A stretch of DNA of 64,000 bases from Vicugna vicugna (Eukaryota): the NCBI GenBank assembly GCA_013265495.1, contig MU057847.1, positions 201,875-265,874 on the forward strand. Direction: 5' to 3'. The notes beneath the pieces are model-generated. The model was not told where the DNA came from, did not search any database, and saw only the letters and a list, made by a program, of their open reading frames with translations. Each line of letters starts with the position of its first letter. Position 1 is the stretch's first letter. The translations under genes were made by a program, and so were the position numbers. This document shows positions 1-11,290 of this stretch, piece after piece.

Positions 1-59
1 TGAAACACTCAGTGCTAACTTTCCAGAATTTGGCCAGCTAAGTTCAAAATGGTAACAAA

Positions 60-1366
60 TACAGCATTATATTGAAGCTAAAACTAGAAGTAACTAAGGT
101 TTCCTTCAAAAGGTAAATGGATAAACACATTCTTCTATTTCCATACAATGGTATTCAACAATGCAAATAAACAAACTACTAGTTCATTCAACAGTACAGA
201 TGGATTTTAGGTGGATTTTGCTAAGTCAGAGAAGTCAGACCAAAAAGATACATAAATGTATGATTCTATTCATATTACTTTCTGGAAGAGGCAAAACCAG
301 AGAGATGGAAAACAGATTAATGGCTGCCAGAGGTTTGGAGAGGAGGAGAATTTGACTAGGGGAGGCACAAGAGATTATTTTCAGTGGGATAGAACTAATC
401 AGTATGCTAGTAAGGTGGTAGACACAGGATGCTATGCTATGCATTTGTCAAAACCCTTAGAACTTTGCAGCACAGAGAGTAAACCTTAACGTAGGAAAAA
501 AATTGCTTTCATCAACCAGGAGGTTGGAGGATCCCAGGATGAAATGCAGACTAATGAATCTAGCTGTATTTCAAATATACGACATAACTTCCCTGAATGG
601 ATTGTGGAAAATGATGCTGACCCAAGTAACTTTGAAAAATGGTGTTTTGACTGGCTAATATAAAATTAAAGAGAAGAGTGTGCATAAACACTCTACTCTA
701 GTTGGCAAAGTTATTTCTCATGGGGACACAGGTACAATTCTCAAATTGCTGTACATGTATACATTGAGTAATTAAGTGAAAGGATGGGAGCCAGGTTCCA
801 TCTGTAGTGGGAGGTAGTAGTGGAAGGCGACAGATAAGCAAGAGGAGGAGGCTAGAATGACCCAAGTGGTAACCAATTTGTGATGTCAGTATGAACTCAT
901 GTTCAGCTTAATACAGATACAGAAGGATAGATACAAAAATATTTCTTGATATGTGAGTATACATAGGTTAGTATGTATGCAAATATTTCCTAGCTCTGTT
1001 TGCTGACGGGGCCTAGAAGCAACAAAATCCTAGTAACGATGAGCACACCCAGTTCCTTGACTTTGGTTTCTAATGCTATTCTCCAGTGAAGGGAACCAGG
1101 CCTCCCTGGAGAAGTGGTTGATTCTAGGACTAGGGCAGGGAATATATAAGATGAGCCTGGAGCATCTTGTAGTGACAGAGAATAAGGAAGTGAAAGAAGG
1201 AAAGAAGGAAACAAGGAAGGAAAGAAAGAAAGGGAGGGAGGGGGGGAGGGAGGAAGGAAGGAAGGAAGGAAAGAAAGAAAGGAAGGAAGGAAGAAAGAAG
1301 GAAAGAAAGAAAGGAAGAAGGAAGGAAGGAAGGAAGGAAGGAAGGAAGGAAGGAAGGAAGGAAGGA

Positions 1367-1422
<56 letters not shown>

Positions 1423-2258
1423 CCCAAATGATGGGAGTATATCAAAGAGACACAGGAGCCAATCGAAAGAGTTTCCATGAACAAAGCTGAAACTACCTAA
1501 GCAACAATATATACAATGGTAGTATTGGATCATAATCCAAGTGTAAAATAAATATCCATGTGTCCATACTGATATAAACAAACCAAATCTGTGCTAAAGA
1601 ATTCCAAATAATTTGTATAGCTTCTCCGGCCTCAGAGAGGCAGAGTGTAACGCCCCAGTCTTTAAGTGTGAGCTGGGACACAGTGACCTCCTTCTGAAGA
1701 GTGCGTTATAGGAAGGAGTGGCGAGAAGAGTAATGTTATGGCAGAGAAAGCTGACAAGCACTACCTCCGACCAGGTCAATATCAACAGTAATAAGTTACA
1801 TTGATAGCAGGTACCTTTGATCTGATGTGGTTAGAACGTCACTTGACCTCTGTGGTCTTCCTCCCCTCCAACCCATAACCTCATGTTAAAAGCATCAGAT
1901 ATATCCCAGTGAGGGACAGTTTACAAAATACCTGACTAGTACAAGGTCATCAAAAACAAGGAAAGTGTGAGAAACTGTCACAGCCAAGAGGCGTCTAAGG
2001 AGACATGACAACTAAATGTAATGTGGTGTCCTTGATGGGGTCCTAGAGCAGGAAAAGGACAGTAGGTAAAAAACTAAGGAAATTTGAATAAACTATGGAC
2101 CCTAGTTAATAACGTGTCAACATTGATTATCTAATTGTAACAAATGTATGACACTAGTGTAAGATGTTAACATAGGAGAAAGTATACGGGGAGTCTCTGT
2201 ATTCTCTTTACAACTATTTTCTTAACTCTATAGCTATTCTAAAATAAAAAGTTTATTT
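60..2258 (+). mobile_element. Old L1 3' region (L1MC/L1MD-like) interrupted by a purine microsatellite
   Basis: Characteristic L1M 3'-end text such as GACATGACAACTAAATGTAATGTGG...GAAAAGGACAGTAGGTAAAAAACTAAGGAAATTTGAATAAA...ATTCTAAAATAAAAAGTT. Subfamily by recollection only. Confidence 0.75.
1192..1422 (+). repeat. Compound (GGAA)n/(GAAA)n polypurine microsatellite
   Basis: Directly visible; no pyrimidine between 1213 and 1422. Confidence 0.98.
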
Positions 2259-2261
2259 AAA

Positions 2262-2560
2262 TAATAATTAATTGCATGTTTAGTATGTGTTTTGTTTTTA
2301 GTGTGGTTTAGATGCTGGAGGGGAACATAGCTTTGAATAAAATGGTGGTGGTGGGGAAATCCCTGCCTCGTAGATCTGACATTTGGCGGGAGTGGACAGA
2401 CAGTGAACAAAATAGTGTAGTAGGTGATGATAGTGATGTGAAGAAAAATCGAGGAAAAAGGTATAGGAAATGTAAAGGTGAGATTTTTAAACAAGACATC
2501 CAGTGACACCCTCACTTAGAAGAGCATCAGTAATAGGACCAGGGCAGGAAAGTGGATTCA
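2262..2560 (-). mobile_element. L2 3'-end remnant
   Basis: Degenerate match to the antisense L2 tail (...TCCCTGCCTCGTAGATCTGACATTT...GACAGACAGTGAACAA...). Confidence 0.5.
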
Positions 2561-4223
2561 CATAATATAGGGGCGATTTTATAAGGGCCAAAACATAGTA
2601 AATGATAGGTTCTCTCTAACCCTCTGTTAATCAGAGTACAGACTCTCTTAGGCATTTCGATGGTTGGTTTCCCTGCGCTGTGCTTTTTGACTGATGTTCC
2701 TGGCATGTCTTTTACCCATTTGGGTCCCCTTTCCCAAACATTTTTGTTGGTACCATGTAAAGCAAAAGTGAATTGCAGGAGTATAAGCAAAGTTAGGGTT
2801 ACTTCAAACTATTTTAGGATTTTTAAAAACGTTTATTTATGGTAAGTTTAGGAATGTAAGTAGATGTGACTTCAATAGAAGTAAATATTGGATAATTCCT
2901 GAATTAGAAAATCTGTGTTTTTGTCCCCTTTATTTCTAAGAACATCTTTGGCCTAAGACTTTCACCCTCAGTTGGTGAAAACATTCTTAAGCTTGATCAA
3001 ATACAGCCACTGATGATAAAATGGGCGTTTTCTATTTCTGTACATTATCGGTGAAATGTTGTATAACTCGATCCGATGGCTAGAGAGCATGTCTTCTAAA
3101 TTAAGCAATAAGAGACCTCAATATATTAGTATTCAATTTTTAGAAAAGGGACTACAGAAAGTCTAAAATATGTCAACAAACAAAATCAATGTGCATACAA
3201 GCAAGTTAATACATAATCAAGGGAGGAAAAATAACCCAAACCCATATACTTGATGAGAAGAAGACATTTGAAAAGCACTATGTTTGGAAATTAAGCAAGC
3301 TAATCTGTAAATTAATTATGGCCTCAAAGCACACTGAGGCAGCTAAAAAGGTCCATGTACTTTGTGGGGGGAGGTGGGTTGAGGAGAGCAATGCTGGCAT
3401 TCAGCAGTCTCTCATTGCAGGGTATCGCTACGTCCTATGTGCATTCTGAGTCTACTGTATACTGTGTCCATATACGTGCACCTTCATCTTCACCCACAAG
3501 GACTGGAACTCATTTAACTCTTATGATTTTTACATCTTGGTATCCTCCCAGTATCTGGCACACAATAGATTCACCCTCTTTCTTTCTCTCTCTCTCTCAT
3601 ACATACATACACACATATATACATATATATTTAATCACATGGTTGTAGAAGATTAGGTCTCAGCATTCCAAGACCATATGGCTAACAAAAGACTAAAAAC
3701 TTGGTAGGAATTCAGAGATAGCTGTAAAAACTATTGAGGTCAGAGGATTGACTAAGACTAAGAACTGAAGTTCAAAAGTTTACAATAACTGAAAATTGTA
3801 GCATTGTCAAGATAAAAAGGGCTGGAGGAAAAGTCCTGCTGTTCCTCCTCAGTTTTAAGGGAAACTTTTCAATGCCTAATTGTTGCCACATTAGGTGCGG
3901 CAGCAATGTAGCCAAATAGACATGAACCAAATAGAATCTCAAAGCATTCTAGTCTAATAATGGGCATAGGTCAATAACTACAAAACAAGTTAGAGTATCT
4001 GATCATTAAGAAGTGAATAGTAATGAGTCTCAGAAGATGGATGAGATTTCCAGAAAAGAAATAGGATGGAATTAGATGAAACTGAACAAATGTAGAGGCA
4101 GGAATGTATGGATGATGATTGGGGTTTACTGAGGTTTGGCCATAGGCTGGGATAGATGTAGAACAGTGGTGAGAAACAAGGCAGGCAGGAAGAGCCATGG
4201 AAGGCTTCCTTATTTTTTGACAT

Positions 4224-4453
4224 ATTTATTGATACTTAATTCACACACCATACGACTCACTCACCTAAAGCGTACAATTGAATGTTTTGGAGTATATTCG
4301 CAGAATTATGAATCCATCCATCACCACAATCTAATTTTACAACATTTTCATCACCTTAAAAGAAACCCGTTGCCATTAGCCATTAAAACCCATTTTTCTT
4401 TATGCCCCACCTCCACCCCATCCCTCGGAAACGACTAACCTACCTTCCGTCTC
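4224..4453 (-). mobile_element. Old L1 3'-end fragment (L1MB/ME-like)
   Basis: TTTATTGATACTTAATTCACACACCATAC...CATCACCACAATCTAATTTTACAACATTTTCATCACC...AAAGAAACCC pattern. Confidence 0.7.
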
Positions 4454-4459
4454 AAAAAC

Positions 4460-4502
4460 ACCTGTGGCCGGGTCAAGTTGACACGTAAAAGTAACCGTCA
4501 CA
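4460..4502 (-). mobile_element. Short MLT2 (ERVL) LTR terminal fragment
   Basis: GTCAAGTTGACACGTAAAAGTAACCGTCACA resembles the reverse complement of the MLT2 start TGTGATGGTTAATTTTATGTGTCAACTTGAC. Confidence 0.5.
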
Positions 4503-4955
4503 AATGATAACTTGTAATTTGTCAAAGAACATTCACTTATTTCCTTTCATTGCCTTTATAGTCACTCTGTGTGTCAGAAAGGTGGGTATTAAGCCCAGGG
4601 GAAACTGAGCCTCTGAAAGGATAACTGAGACTGAAGTCTAACTCTCCAGATTACCAACTACATCCACTAGCTCTGACTCTCCTGCCAAGAAACAGTGGGA
4701 TGTTTGGACAGTGCCATTCCTAAACATAATGGTGAACGTCAATGAGTGCATTCAGAAGAGGGAAAGACCTCTCAGAAATAGATTTGAAAGCCTTAATGGA
4801 GGAAATCATCTTCCCAGGATAAAAATAAACAAATGTACATATAAATTCTGACGTTCTGCCTTATAGATTCTGCTCAATGTAAACATCCCCTCGAGTCTGA
4901 GTATTCTTCTCCTTGGATTAGGTTAGTTTAGTAAATTAAATATTGAAAGAGTTGT

Positions 4956-5866
4956 ATGCAGATGGCCAATAGGCACACAAAAACATACTCAACATTGCTA
5001 ATTATCAGAGAAATGCAGATTAAAACCACAATGATGTATCACCCCATGCTGGTCAAAATGGCTATCATCAAAAAATATACAAATAAATGCTGGAGAGGGT
5101 GTGGAGAAAAAGGAACCCACCTACACTGTTGGGAATGTAAATTGGTGCAGCCACTATTGAGAATAGTATGGAGGTTCCTTAAAAAACTAAAAACAGACTT
5201 ACCATATGATCCAGCAATCCCACTCCTGGGCATATATAAGGAGAAAAGTCTAATTCAAAAAGATACATGCACCCCGATGTTCATAGCAGCCCTATTTACA
5301 AAAGCCAAGACATGGAAACAACCTAAATATCCATTGAAAGATGACTGGATAAAGAAGTTGTGGTATATAGATATAATGGAATATTACTCAGCCATAAAAA
5401 TAATGAAATAATGCCATTTGCAGCAACATGGTTGGACCTAGAGATTATCATATTGAGTGAAGTAAGTCAGACAGAGAAAGACAAATGTATGATATTGTTT
5501 ATATTTGGAAGCTAAAATAGAGTACAGATGAATTTATTTACAGAACAGAAACAAACTCACAGATACAGAAAACAAACTTATGGTTACCAGTGGAAAGAGA
5601 GGGATAAATTAAGAGTTTGGGATTAACAGATACAAACTACTATATACAAAATAGATAAGCAACAAGGTCCTATATAGCACAGGGAACTATATTCAATAGG
5701 TTTGTAATAGCTTTTAATGAAAAAAATATGAATAAGAATATATATAAGTGTATAACTGAATTACTATGCTGTATACCAGAAATTAACACAATATTGTAAA
5801 TCAACCATACTTCAATTAAAAAAAAAAAGGTCCAAGAGAGCAGCCATTATCAAAGAAAGAAATAAA
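4956..5866 (+). mobile_element. Relatively young 5'-truncated L1 (ORF2 C-terminus, 3' UTR, poly(A)) with target-site duplication
   Basis: ORF 4956..5411 is L1 ORF2p C-terminal sequence ([22 protein letters not shown]...[11 protein letters not shown]); A-run 5818-5828; AGTTGTATG at both 4950-4958 and 5867-5875. Confidence 0.93.
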
Positions 5867-5875
5867 AGTTGTATG

Positions 5876-6290
5876 GTATAATGGGTAATGTTGGCTCAAG
5901 TTACTTGACCATGCTCTAAGCCTCCATCTCTTTGTCTGTAGAGTGGGTAAAATATAAGTCCCTAACTCTTAGCGCTGTTTTGCAGATTAAATATGATAAT
6001 GCACCTAAATTCTTAGCAGAATTCTTCGCACATAGGGAGTGGTCAAAAAGTATTTGTTATTATTTAAGTTAAAATACATGGTATTACAGTGAAAGTACAT
6101 GCTGTCCTGGAAAGAGCACTGAACTGGATGGCAAGAGTCCTGGATTCTAGTTTTGATTCTGTCACTAAATAGCCATAATGGCCTTGGGTAAGTGACAGAA
6201 ATCTCTCTGGACCTTAGTTTATTCACTCATAAAAAATGAAGACATTGGACTAGATGGTTTCAAAGGGCCTGTCCAATTTTAAATATCATT
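5876..6290 (+). mobile_element. Two adjacent MIR-family SINE remnants
   Basis: MIR core-like AAGTTACTTGACC...AAGCCTCCATCTCTTTGTCTGTAG and a MIR3-like GAAAGAGCACTGAACTGG...TTGGACTAGATG. Confidence 0.65.
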
Positions 6291-6407
6291 CCACAACAAT
6301 TCCATAACTTCCCTATTGCAGAAAAGTCCACTCTCCCTGCCTCCTACTGGCCCCAAAGTGAGGAAAACTGACATCTGTAAATTACTGGTTTAAAATAGAT
6401 CCATGAG

Positions 6408-6537
6408 CAGTAAGGATATAGCTCAGTGGTTAGAGTACGTGCTTAGCATGCACAAGGTCCTGGGTTCAACCCCCAGTACCTCTGTTAAAATAACTAAATA
6501 AATAAACCTAATTACCTCCTTCCCCCTCACAAAAAAA
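6408..6537 (+). mobile_element. tRNA-Ala-derived SINE (camelid Vic-1-like)
   Basis: A box TAGCTCAGTGG, anticodon-arm remnant TGCTTAGCATGCA, B box GGTTCAACCCC, tail AAATAAATAAACCTAATTACCTCC...A-run; CCATGAG on both flanks (6401-6407, 6541-6547). Confidence 0.88.
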
Positions 6538-7721
6538 TACCCATGAGGTGATCAGAGGAAAATCTGTCGAGGCTCTTCAGCAGTACTTGAGGGTTTTTCT
6601 GCCCATGGTTGTAGTCTGTGGTAGGGGGAGGTTGCAGTGACCACAGAGGAGGATGGCACAGCCCTGGAGCATGACATTTGCACGCCAAATGAGGCCGCGG
6701 AGCCCACGCTGATCATCGACATTTATGTGCCTCTACCCTTTGCATTTGGAACACATGGGGGTGCTTCAGAGGCGCCCACACAATAATTCTTTGACAACTG
6801 TGTCTGGAACAATTATAACATCGCACTGATCTTGCCTTTGGCTTTGTGTGTATGAACCAGTCCCGAAACTTGGTTCCTGAAAAAAAACCTGTCTCTGGAG
6901 CTTGGAAGCTGGTCGATTTCTCATGATTAAAAATCCTGGATTGAAAGGCTATGTGGGAAATTGGTCCTTATTGATTTTGGGGGGCATTAAAAGCACACTC
7001 AGCCCTGAAATTGGCTCACTGAACCTGTTGTGGAAAAGACTTAGCAACATTTCATAAAATCTCACTGGTAGACTTCCCCATCTCTGAAGGAAAAAAAAAA
7101 GAAGGAAAAAATAAAGAGATAAATAAAGAAGTTTGGAAGGAAACATCTTGATTAATGTGCTGTTTCCAAAGGAAGAAACTAGCAAAATAGCCTTCAGTTT
7201 GAGAGTTAGTCAGTTCCGTTGGTTGAGTATGATGTCAGGGCACCCAAGGGACATCTCCCAGGGGAACATCTATAAGGGATGTCAAGTATTCAAGGAACCC
7301 AGGGGGCACCCAGGTGGCCAAAGAACAGATTCTACTGACAGTGAGGTGCACCATCGTTTTTCTATGCGGGTTGGACAAACCATTCCATTAGCATAAACAT
7401 GGAGAACCCTGGGATATATCCTCCCCTAGCAGAAGTCCAACAAGCGGAAGGTAGTTAATGCATAATCTGCTCCTTACCATGTACAGAGGAGGCCAGAGAG
7501 AAGCCCATGTGTTGTTTCATGTGTCACTTGGTGGGGTATGTGCCCTTTGATGTGGTCAACACATGCTTAGTGTTGGTCCTTAACTTTTAGGAGGCAGAAG
7601 TCAAATTGGATCACTGCCTCTTCCTCCAGGGTGATGAGGTTCTGAGGAAATGGTTCTCACTAAGCAAGCTCGTAATAGAGGAATTTCTTTAAAAAATTCC
7701 AAAATAATTTGGGGGAATAAT

Positions 7722-7935
7722 TTAATAATGATTCACACTCACTGAGTACTTAGTATGTGACAGGGACTCTGAAATATTTACACGATTGATCTGCATTTAG
7801 ACTTCACAGTCATCCTGTAATACACTACAAGGTACTATTTTCTCCCCACATTGTTGATCGTGAAATGTAGCCCCAGGCAGCGGAAGTCATCTACAGGCAG
7901 TAAATGACAGACCTCTGTGACTCCAAAGCCATCAC
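7722..7935 (-). mobile_element. MIR remnant
   Basis: Degenerate antisense MIR (ACTGAGTACTTAGTATGTGACAGG...TCACAGTCATCCTGT...). Confidence 0.55.
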
Positions 7936-10919
7936 GACATTGGTTGTGATAATAATAGAAGACAGAGCCCCTTCCTCAAGTAACTGGGAAGACTAGGGGG
8001 AGGGAATAAGAAAGAAGGTTTATAAGCAGAAAACACAGGCTCTCTTCTTCTGCCTCTGACTCAGCTGCAGCTGTGACTCATAGAAGACTGAAGGTCACTC
8101 AGCAAGTTGGAAATGACCCTGGACTTTAGTATTCGAGCCAACACACGAGTGCTGTAGCTCTGGTGGTTATCCCAAACTGACCTCCCTCACCTCCACTCCC
8201 ATGAAGTTAAACATTCTTTAGTCTCCCACACCTGCCTTCTGTCAGACAAATGTGATCAAAGGCACAAATAGGGTGCCTGAATGTGTTTGGGGGATGGGAG
8301 GGCAGAGGTAGGTTGTGAGACCCAAAGGAGGTTGACAAAGAAGCAAGTTCCAGGGTCCCAGGACTTGGGCAGCCTCCCAGACCGGTCTCTCAGCATTCCC
8401 GTGGTTGGGGAGAATGGGGACTCTGGCCCCACTGGTGGGGCTCATGTTGATTGTTGATCAGGCTTTCCTCCCACAGGATGCTGAGAAAATAGAATGCCTC
8501 TCTCTCTCTCTCTCTCCCTCCTTCATCATATGACCCAGACTGGAAACAAATTTCTTTAAGTCAAATCCTGTTCTCATCCGCAGGTGCAAAATAAAACAGC
8601 TGCGTTATATAACGCCATTCCCCACATTAAGTGAAGGTGGGTTGATTCATCTATTTACCTCTGGTTTGCAGAGGTGTTGCCGAGATAAGAGAAACTAATG
8701 GTGGATATTCATTTCCAGCAGTCTCTGTATTAATCATCAGTTTTCTACATGACACTTGTAAGCATTCAGGGGAAGTTCCGATTGTTGTCAGAGGCTGTGA
8801 GATAGGGGAGAAGGAGGGCCGCGGAGGATGTGTCTGTGGGGTAGTTTAGCCCTTTGAACATTGGCAAATCTTCAGGTTCCCAGGCATAGGGGTTTGGTGT
8901 GGTCTGGTTTGGTTTTTTGAAACCTGCCAGCATGCCCATCCTGGTCTTCTGTGTTTTCTCACCCACATGTCACTTTACTCTCAAGTACAGCTGGCTTGTA
9001 ATCATCTGTCCCTCCTCCCACCCCCTAAAAAAGGGCTGCCTACCCTTATCAGGGAGCCAGATCAACAGAGATGACCTAGTCTGAGCAGCACCAGGCTTTT
9101 CAGACTTAAGCCTTAACTTTTTTCTCAGGTTTTGCCCTTCCACCGTTTAGGACACTGCCCCCACCACCTCCCATCCTAAAGACATGTGCACAACCTATAT
9201 ACTCCCAACCCTGAGTTGAGGCCCTCCTAACAATAGAGCCATATGACACAGCCTCAGGCGTTGTAAATGCCTACTTGTCTCCTCGATGAGTGGGCTGGAA
9301 CCTTCCCTTATTCCAGTTATATAACCATTGGTCAGTCAATTCCCATAAAGCCCTTCTCTGACCTAGTTACACCTCATAATCTAATGATTTCATAGGTTAC
9401 AAGGGGTGTGGCTGCCAGGTTGCTATAGAAACCTTTGCTCCACTGACCTTTTTTTTCCCCTAATAAAATGTTAAAACAAAGTTAAATCAACTATCCGATG
9501 AGAGATTGGGTATATTTTAAGTGAATGCTTGAAAGCCTTCTACCTCAGACAAATTCAGGTTGTCCCCTGGTTTTTTGTTTTGTCTTGTATTTTTACATTT
9601 TCAATCAAATAATCCTCTTGAGTTACCCAGAAGGAGAAAAAATAACCTGGACCTGGGAATTATCTCTAATTGTACACGTTGTTGCCAAAGGGCTGACTTC
9701 ATGATCATGCTTGAATTCCACAGGCTGGAATGGAGTAGCGAAGATCAGGGAATTGATAAGACATGCCAAAGGAGAGTTGGAGGTATCAGAAGTCTGGCAA
9801 GCCTGAGACCACATTGGAAATCAGCTAAAGACTATGTGCCAGGTCCAAGGAATGAGGCCACAGGAGCCCTGGATCCTGTGCGTGGGAGACCAATGAGCAG
9901 AGGCCTGTGCCCAGGCAACCAGAACTCAGGCCCCAGGCAGGTGGCTGAGGAACAACCCAAGTCCCTAGGAGCAATAATTGAACTTGAGGCTGAATAACAG
10001 CCTTCTGATCTAAGATTGGGGGCCCTAGATGCCTCTTGCCCAAGAGTGGTGGCACCAAGCAGTAGCTTGTGAGAGCTATATAGACCCCCTTATAACCATC
10101 CGTCTCCCAAAGTTACCCCTAAATTAAAATATGAAAAGCCGTCTTTGATAAGGATAACCCACATTTTTAAATATTGGTAGAGGGTAAAAAAGAACATATT
10201 TGGAGACTTTTGCTATTTCTGCCCCTCTACCATATACCATGTAAATAGAAGTAGTGTGCTGGCTATGTAAATTCCGTTTCAAGACAGCCCCCCTTGGCCA
10301 CACACACTGCCCCTCCTTCTTGGTCCACCTCCCACTAGTAACCGTTTGCTGTCCTTAATAGAGATATAGATGCCCTTCCTTTATGGATATTCTAGAGCTG
10401 CCGCTTTGTCTCAGGCTGACCTTTGGTTTCCAAGTAATAGAGGATCAATATTTGCACAAAAATAAAGGCGTATTATCCTTATCTACCAGTCTTCGTCCAA
10501 GAAGGGTTGGGAGAGTGTGGAGGGGGAACACATCCCAAGGCAGCTTTCATTCCCAAGACATCCCAGACTCAGCAGGACTCACAGCTTCCTTGCTCCCAAA
10601 GGCCCCTCTTGGGGCTGAACAATGTTTGTAGGGCCTAGTGTCCTAGACAAAGCCTTGGCTAAGGATGAGGAATGAAAAGGAAGAACTAAAAAAAAAAAAA
10701 GGAGGACCAAAAGAAAGTAGGGAGGAGAAAAGAAAACAAAAACCTCAAGTCAGGGGTTCCTCTTGCCAGCAGCTCTGATGGGGAGCACTGCCCAAAACCA
10801 CATGACTACTGAGAACCCCAAGGCCATCACCTATTCAGCTTTGAACGTCCCTGACACCTAGGGACATTTGCAGTTGAGTTACTCTCAGGATACAGATGCA
10901 GACCTGAGTCATAGCAGTT

Positions 10920-11290
10920 GGTGGTCTGAATTATAAGCTACAGGAACAATCGCTAACTGATGTAGGGAGAAAATGTATTTATTTAAAGGTTCTTGGTAGC
11001 TCACAGAGTCCTTGGGAGAGCTGGGGAGCCAAGCCCATGTCTATGTAAGCAAGAACAATGATCATGACACTGTAGAGCGAGCCTGTTCAGGACATTACTA
11101 CGTTGCCTTCAATGGGCACTAGACAGGGCAGCCTGCCCGTTAATGGTCTCAACATTAAACTCCATCTTGATGCAACCATTGTTGCTGCTACAGAGGCTCT
11201 GCCCACCTCCCACCTCCCCAGTACTCATCAGTGGGGACTTTGCCACCCTGCCTTGGGCACTATTAGTGTGGGATGGCTCACTACTCCATT
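10920..11290 (-). mobile_element. Old MaLR LTR remnant (MLT1-like)
   Basis: GTATTTATTTAAAGGTTCTTGGTAGCTCACAGAGTCC resembles MLT1K/L-type text. Confidence 0.4.

Noticed and set aside
990..1581. Long ORFs on both strands (FLSF/PSF-rich and RKEG-rich peptides)
   Set aside because: They are translations of the GGAA/GAAA microsatellite, which has no stop codons.
4956..5411. 151-aa ORF
   Set aside because: C-terminal remnant of L1 ORF2p in a 5'-truncated element, not a host gene.
6408..6485. tRNA-Ala-like sequence (also 58305-58379)
   Set aside because: Degenerate stems, a SINE tail, an A-run and flanking repeats show it is a SINE head, not a tRNA gene.
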